From the NCBI GenBank assembly GCA_963775225.1, contig CAVZHW010000002.1:211909-275908 (forward strand): 64,000 bases of DNA. Reading direction: 5' to 3'. Position numbers and translations under genes: made by a program. The DNA comes from an uncultured Chloroflexia bacterium. GTDB taxonomy: Bacteria; Chloroflexota; Limnocylindria; Limnocylindrales; CSP1-4. Positions 49,061 to 60,737 of the stretch are shown here, one piece after another (the first letter of the stretch is position 1; every line of letters begins with the position of its first letter). The notes beneath the pieces were generated by a model. That model did not search any database. It worked only from the letters and a program-made list of their open reading frames with translations, and had not been told where the DNA came from.

Positions 49061-50452
49061 GTGAGTTCGCCAGCACTGCCCGTTCGAGAGGGGGCGGAAG
49101 CCGGCCGCCCAACCCGTGCGTTGCCGTGGACGCACCTGCTCAACCTGTCGGTCTACTGGTTGGGCATCAACGTCATCTGGTCGGGCCTGGGCTACGTCAT
49201 CTTCCAGGCCCGTTTCAACGCCATGTTCGGCGAGACGCTCGGCCCATCGTATGTGGCCTTCCTCGAGGTCATCCCGCTCGCCGTCGCGATTATCGTCCAG
49301 CCGACCGTCGCGGCCATCTCCGACTACACGGTCACGCGGTGGGGCAGGCGCAAGCCGTACATCCTGGCCGGCGGCCTGCTCGACATCGTCTTCCTGGCCG
49401 GCATCGCGGCGGCGAACGACTTCGTGGCCATCGCCGCCTTCGTCCTGCTGCTGCAGTTCTCGTCCAACTTCGCCCAGGGCCCGTTCCAGGGTTACGTGCC
49501 CGACCTCGTACCGGAACGCCAAGTGGGCGTGGCGAGCGGCCTCATGGGCGTGATGATCATCGGCGGCCAGGTGGCCGGGGTCGGCATCGCCACGCTCGGC
49601 CTGCTGGCGCCCAACCCCTATGCGCTGGGGACGCCCGACGCCGGCTCCTTCGCCCAGGCGCACTTCTTCCTGCCGACGCTCGGCCTGGCGCTGATCGAGA
49701 TCGTGACCATGGTGCCCATCCTGCTGTTCGTCGACGAAGGTCGCCGCGCCCCGTCACGGGACGGCAGGTCGTGGCTCAAGATAGCCATGTCCACCTGGAG
49801 CCTCGACGTCCTGCGCGAACGCAGCTACGTGTGGTTGCTTGTGTCGCGCCTGTTCTTCCTGATGTCGGCGGCAATGGTCACCTATGCCGGCATCTACTAC
49901 CTCGAACGCTCGCTGGGTCTCAGCCAGGACGAGACGGCGCTGCCGCTGGCCATCATCGCCGCGGTGCTCGGGGTCACGACCGGCATCGTCACGTTCCCGG
50001 CCGCACGCCTGTCCGATCGCGTCGGGCGCAAACGCATGATCTATGTCGCGACTGGCGTCGGCACCCTGGGCGTGCTGGGGGTCGCGGCGGCACCGTCGTT
50101 CGCGGTCATGCTCGCCGCGCTGGTGCTGGTCGGTGTTTCGTCGGGCGCGTTCCTGGCCGTCGACTGGGCGCTCATGACCGACATCATTCCCAAGGCGACG
50201 GCCGGCCGCTTCATGGGCCTGTCCAACGTCGCCACCGCGCTGTCCGGCCCGGTCAGCCGAACGACGGGCGGGCTGCTGCTCACGGTACTCGTGCTGGTCG
50301 GTTTGCCGGCCGACGCGCCGCCCGGAGCCCCTGCAACGGCAAGCAGCCTCTATGCCGCCGGACCGCGCATCGCCATCGGCCTGACCGTGCTGTTCTTCGC
50401 CGTCTCGGCCTGGGCGCTGCGCCACGTGGACGAGCACCGCCGCGAGGAGTAG
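49061..50452 (+). CDS. MFS-type transporter (about 12 TM)
   Basis: GTG start. There are 12 hydrophobic segments. Loop motifs: DYTVTRWGRRKPYIL (D-R/K-x-G-R-R/K-like, between TM2 and TM3) and SDRVGRKRM (TM8-9). Confidence 0.8.
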   Translation: MSSPALPVREGAEAGRPTRALPWTHLLNLSVYWLGINVIWSGLGYVIFQARFNAMFGETLGPSYVAFLEVIPLAVAIIVQPTVAAISDYTVTRWGRRKPYILAGGLLDIVFLAGIAAANDFVAIAAFVLLLQFSSNFAQGPFQGYVPDLVPERQVGVASGLMGVMIIGGQVAGVGIATLGLLAPNPYALGTPDAGSFAQAHFFLPTLGLALIEIVTMVPILLFVDEGRRAPSRDGRSWLKIAMSTWSLDVLRERSYVWLLVSRLFFLMSAAMVTYAGIYYLERSLGLSQDETALPLAIIAAVLGVTTGIVTFPAARLSDRVGRKRMIYVATGVGTLGVLGVAAAPSFAVMLAALVLVGVSSGAFLAVDWALMTDIIPKATAGRFMGLSNVATALSGPVSRTTGGLLLTVLVLVGLPADAPPGAPATASSLYAAGPRIAIGLTVLFFAVSAWALRHVDEHRREE

Positions 50453-50475
50453 GCGGCGGCCGATCAAACACCCCG

Positions 50476-50585
50476 ATGCCGGCACTATCGGCACGGATGC
50501 ACTCTCTACCTGGCGTTGCCGCTCCCAGCGGCCCTCCGCCCATGCCGTTCCCTGAGCAGCGGCCCGGTGACGATAGTGCCGGCAT
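50476..50585. repeat. 15-bp perfect inverted repeat (ATGCCGGCACTATCG / CGATAGTGCCGGCAT) separated by 80 nt in a convergent intergenic region
   Basis: Direct reading at 50476-50490 and 50571-50585, between the 3' ends of the MFS gene and the kinase gene. Confidence 0.8.
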
Positions 50586-50605
50586 TGAGTACGCCTGCGG
50601 CGTAA

Positions 50606-51127
50606 CTAGGGTGCGCGCCGAACGCGCTCGACGCGCGCATCCGTGACGGCCTCGGGCGAGCGCAGCACGTACAGCGCGGCGTAGTTCTTCGCGGGCAGGG
50701 CTGCCAACGTGGCCGGCATCCGCGCGGCCTGGCGTGCCACCACGTCATCGTCGACCGTCCGCCCGTCGCGCAGCGAGTTGTGGCGCACGTAGGCCTCCGT
50801 AGGAAAGTCGAAGGCGATGGCGACGGCCGGCACGCCGTAGCGCTCGGCCATCCGGCGGAAGCGTGTGCGTGACGGGGCGTGCAGGTTCGTCGCATCGACC
50901 ACGGTCATCAGCCGTCGACCCAGCCTGGACTTGGCGATCAGTTCGACGACCTTGAAGGCGTCGGCCGACGCCGACTGGTCGGCCGGGTCATCGGCCACCA
51001 GCGCGCGAGCGAAGTCGCTCGAGACAATCTCGGTCGTGGAGAAATTGCGCGCGGCAAAGGTCGATTTGCCCGCGCCGGACGGCCCGACCAGGAGCACCAA
51101 CGCTGGATCGGGAATGGCCAGTTTCAC
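50606..51127 (-). CDS. Stand-alone P-loop kinase resembling the kinase module of bacterial polynucleotide kinase-phosphatase (Pnkp)
   Basis: The GTG start overlaps the vapC stop (GTGA). The sequence is MKLAIPDPALVLLVGPSGAGKSTFAARNFSTTEIVSSDFARALVADDPADQ...LMTVVDATN...AVAIAFDFP...YVLRSPEAV. From memory, this is colinear with the N-terminal kinase domain of Clostridium thermocellum Pnkp (LVVLIGSSGSGKSTFAKKHF..EVISSD..R....DDENDQ...VVDATN). There are no phosphatase or ligase domains. Confidence 0.6.
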   Translation of the reverse strand: MKLAIPDPALVLLVGPSGAGKSTFAARNFSTTEIVSSDFARALVADDPADQSASADAFKVVELIAKSRLGRRLMTVVDATNLHAPSRTRFRRMAERYGVPAVAIAFDFPTEAYVRHNSLRDGRTVDDDVVARQAARMPATLAALPAKNYAALYVLRSPEAVTDARVERVRRAP

Positions 51128-51501
51128 GCGCCCAGGACGGGCACCCCGTACTGCTCGAACCGCGTGTCGCGAGTGACGATTGTGAGACCTTCGATCGTGG
51201 CCTGGGCAATCAGCATGCGGTCGAACGGATCCCTGTGGTGGGGCGGGAGCGTCCCCGCCGCAAGGCTGTGCTGCTGAGTGATCGGGAGAGGCTCGAAACG
51301 GCTGGCCTCGATCGTCGCGACGAGGTCACCAGAGATTTGCAGGCGGCCGTTGGCCTGCTTGATCGCCAGCTCCCACACCGACGCCGCGCTTACGAACACC
51401 TCATTGGACGGGTCGCGGATCGCATCTCGGGCCTCCGCGCGCAGTTGCTCGGGGGCCTCGAGCGACCAGAGAAGGGCGTGGGAGTCGAGCAGGAGTCTCA
51501 C
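51124..51501 (-). CDS. vapC: PIN-domain toxin VapC
   Basis: MRLLLDSHALLW..., SAASVWELAIK, DPFDRMLIAQA, IVTRD: the acidic PIN residues are spaced as in VapC toxins. The GTG start overlaps the antitoxin stop (GTGA). Confidence 0.88.
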   Translation of the reverse strand: MRLLLDSHALLWSLEAPEQLRAEARDAIRDPSNEVFVSAASVWELAIKQANGRLQISGDLVATIEASRFEPLPITQQHSLAAGTLPPHHRDPFDRMLIAQATIEGLTIVTRDTRFEQYGVPVLGA

Positions 51502-51767
51502 TCGGCCGCTGACGTGCCCGGATCGTCCGGTAAGAGTTCACCCTCCTCGAAGTCCCGGATGATCTCGTCATCCACTTCGTCGAAATCGGGCGCGATCCAG
51601 ATCTTCCCCTTCAGGAGTCCGAGCGGGCGCGGCTCAGTCATGGGTTGGTACGCGACAAGTCTGGCGAGGGGCTTACCCGACCGGGCGATGACGACATCCT
51701 CGCCGGCAGCCGCTCGGTCCACCAGTCGCGACAGATGAGTCTTGGCCTCGTGGATGTTGACCTTCAT
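51498..51767 (-). CDS. Phd/YefM-type antitoxin
   Basis: MKVNIHEAKTHLSRLVDRAAAGEDVVIARSGKPLARLV is the typical Phd/YefM N-terminus. The ORF 51498..51785 was trimmed to ATG at 51767 (alternative GTG at 51785). Confidence 0.85.
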   Translation of the reverse strand: MKVNIHEAKTHLSRLVDRAAAGEDVVIARSGKPLARLVAYQPMTEPRPLGLLKGKIWIAPDFDEVDDEIIRDFEEGELLPDDPGTSAAE

Positions 51768-51786
51768 CGAGCGGCATCGTAGCACG

Positions 51787-51811
51787 CTGGACTGGACTTA
51801 GTCCGGTCCAG
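51787..51811. promoter_or_regulatory. Near-perfect 25-bp palindrome, a putative antitoxin operator immediately upstream of the TA operon
   Basis: CTGGACTGGACT T AGTCCGGTCCAG, with 11 of 12 arm positions complementary. It lies 20 nt upstream of the antitoxin ATG. Confidence 0.5.
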
Positions 51812-51922
51812 TCCCGCGTGGTCACCCCGTAACAGGTAGTGGGCACTCCGGAGCGCGCTACGCTGCGGTCCATATGACCGCCATCGGCAATGGCCCACGC
51901 GTCTGACCGGCAGGGTCGGCAC

Positions 51923-52735
51923 TCACACAGGGCGCCTGTGCTCGACAACGAGGCTCGCGATGAGCACGGCTCCAGCAGCGGTGACGGTCAGCGTTCCAGT
52001 CTGGCCCAGCAGCAGTAGGAGGCGGGTATCCGACGACAATCCAACGCCGACTGTCGGCGACTGCGACGCGGCCGTCGGCCCCTCCGCAGCGGCTTGTGGG
52101 ACGGGAAACACGCCGGGCTGTGTCAGGTCGATGGGACCCGCCGCGGCACCGCGCCACGCGGCGAAGCCGAGCTCAACCGCACCAAGGACAAGGCACGCGG
52201 CAACGAGCCCGATCACGAGGGCCTGCAGCGAGCGCCCGACGATGAGCGCGACCAGGGTACCCACGGCGAACGCGGCGATCGCGCGGGCGGGAATGAGCAC
52301 GGCGGCGGTGTCGATACTGGCGGGCGCCGAGGTCGCGTCGAGGGTCGGGCCCAGTGATCCGCCCAGGATCACGCTCACCAAAACGAGTGGGACGGTGATA
52401 ACGACGAGCGCGAGCAGTCCTGCCGTCAGCAGGTCGGCCAGCCAGCGCCTGCGGCTGCCGACGACCGACCAGGCAAAGACGGACGTTCCGCTATCGATCT
52501 CGCCGGCGATGAGCGACGCTGCGAAAGAGAGCCCCGCGACAACCGGCAGGCAGACCAGCGCCACTTGAAAATAGGGCACCCATTGCAGCCAGTCGAACTC
52601 GGCCGCGGTTCCCTGTGCTTCCGTCAGCTCGCGCGTCAGGGCGAGGCCCGCGGCCGAGACCAGGAAGACGGCGCCAAGGGCCAGGATGAGCTCGAGCCGC
52701 AGCCTCCGAACCAGGATGCGGACGGGCCACGTCAT
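51923..52735 (-). CDS. ABC-2-type transporter permease, paralog 3b
   Basis: There are 6 hydrophobic segments. It carries the block AGEIDSGTSVFAWSVVGSRRRWL. Confidence 0.7.
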   Translation of the reverse strand: MTWPVRILVRRLRLELILALGAVFLVSAAGLALTRELTEAQGTAAEFDWLQWVPYFQVALVCLPVVAGLSFAASLIAGEIDSGTSVFAWSVVGSRRRWLADLLTAGLLALVVITVPLVLVSVILGGSLGPTLDATSAPASIDTAAVLIPARAIAAFAVGTLVALIVGRSLQALVIGLVAACLVLGAVELGFAAWRGAAAGPIDLTQPGVFPVPQAAAEGPTAASQSPTVGVGLSSDTRLLLLLGQTGTLTVTAAGAVLIASLVVEHRRPV

Positions 52736-52740
52736 GCTCG

Positions 52741-53646
52741 CTACGGCCGCCGGTCGCGGGTCATCTTGAATGCCAGGCCGCCGAACACGAGGGCCACAAC
52801 GGTCAGGATCGCCGACTCGCGCAACTCAACCGCTGGCATCTGCGAGCCCGCCAGGAAGAGCTCGCCAGCGGGACAGTTCGCGGCCTCCCACGCGTTTCGC
52901 TGGCTGCCATCGGGATCAGCTCCGAACGACGGCTCCGCGGCCATGCAGTCAGACATCGGTATGAATCGCCCGTCGGGCGTGAGGGCCCCATACTGGACAG
53001 ACATTGCCTCGCTCGTCGTCGGATCGGTGATGGGGATCAGCCTGGCTGGCTCAAACGCCCGGCCCATGATGAGCGCAGCCGTGGTCACCACGGTCACCAG
53101 CACCAGCGCGACCGAGAAGGCTGCCACGACGCGCCCGGAGCGGATGCCGATGGCGAGACCGATGGCGTAGCCGCACAGCGCTCGGATGGCGAGGATGGGG
53201 CCCCACAGGCCATAGGCGACGAAGGTGGCCGCGATGTCGTGGTCCGGATTGAGCCGGGCCACGATGAATGCGTTCGCCGCGCCACAGGCGAGGCCGAACA
53301 CGACGATGGCCACGCCATCCACCAGGACCCGTTCAGAGAGCCAGCGCACCCTGCTGCGAGCGATCGACCAGGCGAACGCCGCTGTTCGCTGCTCGATCTC
53401 ACCGCCGACGGCGGCGACGCCGAGGATCAGGCCGAGGAAGATGGGCGCGACCGCGATGACGAACGTCAGCGCCGTCGAAGGCGGATTCGCGTTGAGATAG
53501 CGTTCGCACTTGTAGGTAGACAGGGAGGGATCGCAGGCAATGGTCGTCGCGTAGAAGACGCCGACGGTCGCGGTCACGATCGCCACCGCCAACACCAACA
53601 GAACCAACCGCCGATTTGTCCGCCACCACAGCCTGAAGACGGTCAT
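52741..53646 (-). CDS. ABC-2-type transporter permease, paralog 3a
   Basis: It carries the block GGEIEQRTAAFAWSIARSRVRWL. The start overlaps the ATPase stop (ATGA). Confidence 0.7.
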   Translation of the reverse strand: MTVFRLWWRTNRRLVLLVLAVAIVTATVGVFYATTIACDPSLSTYKCERYLNANPPSTALTFVIAVAPIFLGLILGVAAVGGEIEQRTAAFAWSIARSRVRWLSERVLVDGVAIVVFGLACGAANAFIVARLNPDHDIAATFVAYGLWGPILAIRALCGYAIGLAIGIRSGRVVAAFSVALVLVTVVTTAALIMGRAFEPARLIPITDPTTSEAMSVQYGALTPDGRFIPMSDCMAAEPSFGADPDGSQRNAWEAANCPAGELFLAGSQMPAVELRESAILTVVALVFGGLAFKMTRDRRP

Positions 53647-54488
53647 CCGGGCGAACCTCGACCGGCGGCGAGGTAGCCGAGCACGACATCCTCCAGGTTG
53701 GCCGCCCGGGCGTGGACCGGGCGTCCGTCGGCAGCTCCGCGGAAGAGCTGCGAACGGTCGGGCAGGCGAGCGACGAGCGCGGCGCCTTCCGGGCCAGGCT
53801 CATCGCTGACGAAGTGGTCCTCCAGGATGGCGTCGACGCTGCCCTGGAGTTGGACGCGCCCGGCGGCCAGGACCACCAGCCGGTGGCACGCACGTTCGAT
53901 GTCCGAGACGATCTGCGACGAGAGCACGGCCGTCGCCCCGGTCCGGGCGAGCTCGTCGGTCAGCACGTCGATGAACTCGCGCCGGGCGAGCGGATCGATG
54001 GACGCGAGCGGTTCATCGAGGATCAACACCTCGGCCCGCAGGCCCAACGCGATAGCGAGGCCGACCTGGGCCGCCTGGCCCCCCGAAAGCGTCCCGGCCA
54101 GGGCATCCAGGGGGACGCCGAGATCCGCGAGTCGTTGCGTTGCGAGGCGGCGATCGAAACTCGAGCCGCGGTAATGGGCCACGTAGTCGAGGTGGTCGCT
54201 CACGCGAAGGTCGCGATACAGCGCAGGTGTCTGGGGGAGGTACGCGACATGGCCAAGCACGGCAGCTCGTTGCCGCCACGGATCGATGCCCAGCACGCTG
54301 ACGGAGCCCCGGGTGGGACGCTCGAAGCCGACCCAGGTCTTGAGGAGGGTCGACTTCCCGGCGCCATTTGGCCCGACCAGTCCGATGGCACCGCCGGAGC
54401 CCAGGGAGAGGTCGACGTCACTCAGCGCCCAGACGCCCTGCCGATACTGCTTTGAAAGGCCCTGGGCCTGCAATAGGGCGTCCGGCAT
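53643..54488 (-). CDS. ABC transporter ATP-binding protein, paralog 3
   Basis: This is the ORF 53643..54587, trimmed to ATG at 54488 (MPDALLQAQGLSKQY). Motifs seen: GPNGAGKST, LSGGQAAQV, VLILDEPLASID, LSSQ. Confidence 0.85.
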   Translation of the reverse strand: MPDALLQAQGLSKQYRQGVWALSDVDLSLGSGGAIGLVGPNGAGKSTLLKTWVGFERPTRGSVSVLGIDPWRQRAAVLGHVAYLPQTPALYRDLRVSDHLDYVAHYRGSSFDRRLATQRLADLGVPLDALAGTLSGGQAAQVGLAIALGLRAEVLILDEPLASIDPLARREFIDVLTDELARTGATAVLSSQIVSDIERACHRLVVLAAGRVQLQGSVDAILEDHFVSDEPGPEGAALVARLPDRSQLFRGAADGRPVHARAANLEDVVLGYLAAGRGSPG

Positions 54489-54647
54489 GTTCTTCTTGCT
54501 CCTCCGCACCCAATGAGCATCCCGGATGCTCATGCAGGCTAGGACAGGGGAGCCAGTCCCGGCGGTGCTGTTCGGCCCTGGTGCCATGTGCCGGCCGTCA
54601 TCGGTTGCCAGCCGGCCGGGCGGCCCGGAGGGCCTGGACTTAGCTCG

Positions 54648-58201
<3,554 letters not shown>

Positions 58202-58205
<4 letters not shown>

Positions 58206-59410
58206 AGCCGCGCCACGAAGCGGTCAAAGACCTCCAGCGCGTCGAGCGGGCCGGGTGATCCCTCGGGGTGGTACTGGACCGTCTCGATCGGCTTCGACAA
58301 GTGGCGCAGACCCTCGACCGAGCCGTCGTTCAGGTTGCGCTGGCTGACCGTGAAGCCTGATTGGCGCGGCAGCGTGCCGGCAACCACCTCCACCTCGTGG
58401 TTCTGCGCCGTCACTTGGACGCGCCCCGTGTCGAGGTCCTTGACCGGGTGGTTCGCGCCGTGGTGGCCGAAGCGCAGGCGGCGCGTTTCGGCGCCGGCGG
58501 CGCGCGCCACGATCTGGTGGCCCAGGCAGATGCCCAGCAGCGGCCGGCCGTCCTCGATGGCGGCCTGCGCCAGGCGCACCGGGCCCGCGAGCCGCGCCGG
58601 GTCGCCCGGGCCGGGCGATAGCACGAGCCCGCGAATTTCTGGCGCCAAGGCCAGCCGCGCGTCGGCGGTGTGCGGCAGCACGCGTACCCGCGCGCCACGC
58701 GCGACGAGCTGGCGCACGATGTTCTCCTTGAGGCCGTAGTCGACCACCCCCACGAGCGGACCGTCCACCGGCCCGACCTCGTGCGGTGCCACGGCCGACA
58801 CCTGGCCGACGAAATCCTGGTCCTCCCAGCGCGGCACTTCCGCGACCGCGCGCATTGCGGCGGCCGCATCGACGTCACCGGGCGCGGTGATAAGCACTCG
58901 CTGCGAACCAGTTTCGCGGAGCCGGCGCGCCAGCAGACGCGTGTCCAGCCCGGCGATCGCGGGCACGCCCGAACGGCGCAGCAGCTCGACCAGCTGGCGC
59001 GCCGGCTCCAGCACAGCCGCCGTGGCATGCGCAACGATGAGCCCGGTCAGCCACGGCCGCGACGATTGATCGTCGAGCGCGATGCGCCCGTAATTGCCGA
59101 TCAACGGGTAGGTCATCAGCACCGTTTGGCCGGCATACGACGGGTCCGTGCAGATCTCCTGGTAGCCGGTTTGGCTGGTGTTGGCGACCAAGTCGCCACC
59201 GCCGCCAACTGGCGCCCCGAACGCGATGCCGCGAAAAACGCTGCCGTCCTCGAGCGCCAGCAGGGCCGGGCCGTGGGGACCCAGACGCGGATCGACGACC
59301 GAGTCGGCGGGCAGCGGCAGGACACCGGGCAGTGGCAGAACGCCCGCCGGCGCACCGCGCGCAGAAAAAACGCCACCGCTCTCGGGTGAGCGGTGGCTGT
59401 GTACGGTCAA
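58202..59410 (-). CDS. carA: Carbamoyl-phosphate synthase small (glutaminase) subunit
   Basis: Motifs seen: ALLALEDGSVFRG, QTGYQEICTDPSY, GICLGHQ (catalytic Cys), VQYHPE. The stop overlaps the carB start. The N-terminal 45 aa or so (including GVLPLPGVLPLP) are non-canonical, so the start is uncertain. Confidence 0.9.
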
Positions 59411-59526
59411 GCTCGACGTCCTCCTTCCCGGCCCTCTCGGAGCCGCCCTCGCCGGCCTCTCTGGACCGGTGTGAAGGGACCGCCTCAGGTTAGCACGCGC
59501 GGCAGGGCAGACTCCGCGCGTCGGTG

Positions 59527-60045
59527 CTAGGCGGGAATCTCGGTTCGCTCGGCAACCGCCTCGGGGGACTCCTGGCCCATGACGCCCACCAGCTCCGGGC
59601 CGGCCCCCGCGGCCGGCGCGCCGTCATCGGGTACCTCGGCCGGCACCTCCGCAGCGGCGTCGTCGGACGGGGTCATGTCGGCCAGCCGATCCTCGATGGC
59701 AGCCTGGCGCGCCCGGCGCCGCGCTGCCGCACGCCGCTGAAGCAGGTACATGACGCTGAGTCCGGCGAGAAAGCCAAGGAGCACGGCAACCAGCATCGGC
59801 GCATCGGGTTCCGACCGACGCGGCTCGGTGGTCAGGCGCAGCGTGCGCAAGCCTCTGCCTCGTGTGGCTGCCTGGCGGCGCGCGGTTGATGCCGCATTGC
59901 GAGCCTTCTTGTGGGAGCTCCGGGACACGCCCGCCGCCTGCGTGGCGGCCGTATCTGCGGCATCGCGTGCCGCGCGGCGGACGTCCATGTCAGCGATCAG
60001 CCTGGGGAGTCTCGCGATAGTGCTTCTGGAAATGACGACGCTCAT
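59527..60045 (-). CDS. Hypothetical single-pass membrane protein, Arg/Ala-rich
   Basis: This is the ORF 59527..60153, trimmed to ATG at 60045, which is preceded by a strong GAAGGAGG. There is one TM (MLVAVLLGFLAGLSVMYLL). Confidence 0.5.
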   Translation of the reverse strand: MSVVISRSTIARLPRLIADMDVRRAARDAADTAATQAAGVSRSSHKKARNAASTARRQAATRGRGLRTLRLTTEPRRSEPDAPMLVAVLLGFLAGLSVMYLLQRRAAARRRARQAAIEDRLADMTPSDDAAAEVPAEVPDDGAPAAGAGPELVGVMGQESPEAVAERTEIPA

Positions 60046-60167
60046 GGGCACCTCCTTCTGACGGTGCCTACCATGGTCGTCCTTCGACGCAAGGAGCGCC
60101 CAGAGCCGTTCGTCACCACCCGCCTGCCGGACGTCGCAACGCTCGCGGCACAATCTAGGATTGAACC

Positions 60168-60737
60168 GTGCGCCTGACCGAGTGGGAACAACAGCGACTG
60201 CTCGTCTTCTCGGCCGCCGAGCTGGCGCGCCGACACCGTTCAGCCGGCCTCAAGCTCAACGCGCCGGAGGCGATCGCGTTGATGTGTGACGCGATGTTCG
60301 AGGCGGCGCGCGCCGGCGCGACCTACGAAGAGACCGCTGCGGCGGGAGCGGCGGCGGTCAGGCCGGACGAGGTGATGGACGGCGTGCCCGCACTCGTCGA
60401 CGAGGTGCGCCTCGAGGTCATGATGGGCGACGGCACGCGCCTGATCTTCCTGCGCCACCCACTGGGAGAACCGGCGCCCGCCGATGGGCCCGGTTCCGTT
60501 CCCGGGCGCGCGCCGACACTCGAGACACGCACCGTCGAGGTCACCAACACGAGCGATCACATCGTGCGCGTCTCGTCGCACTACCCGTTCGACCAGGTCA
60601 ACCGGCGGCTCGAGTTCGATCGCGATCTGGCGCGCGGCTTCCGTCTCGATCTGCCGGCCGGCTCGACCCTGCGTTGGGCCCCCGGCGAGATGCGCACCGT
60701 CACGCTCGTCCGCTACGCCGGAACCGGGGATAGATGA
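60168..60737 (+). CDS. ureAB: Urease gamma-beta fusion subunit
   Basis: The gamma part is MRLTEWEQQRLLVFSAAELARRHRSAGLKLNAPEAIALM...VMDGVPALV. The beta part is NTSDHIVRVSSHYPFDQVNRRLEFDR...GFRLDLPAGSTLRWAPGE. The stop overlaps the ureC start. Confidence 0.85.
   Translation: MRLTEWEQQRLLVFSAAELARRHRSAGLKLNAPEAIALMCDAMFEAARAGATYEETAAAGAAAVRPDEVMDGVPALVDEVRLEVMMGDGTRLIFLRHPLGEPAPADGPGSVPGRAPTLETRTVEVTNTSDHIVRVSSHYPFDQVNRRLEFDRDLARGFRLDLPAGSTLRWAPGEMRTVTLVRYAGTGDR

Noticed and set aside
59300-59345. 18-bp duplication encoding GVLPLPGVLPLP at the carA 5' end, as a possible regulatory repeat.
   Set aside because: It has only two imperfect copies inside an N-terminal extension whose translation is itself uncertain. 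It is noted under carA start uncertainty rather than as a feature.
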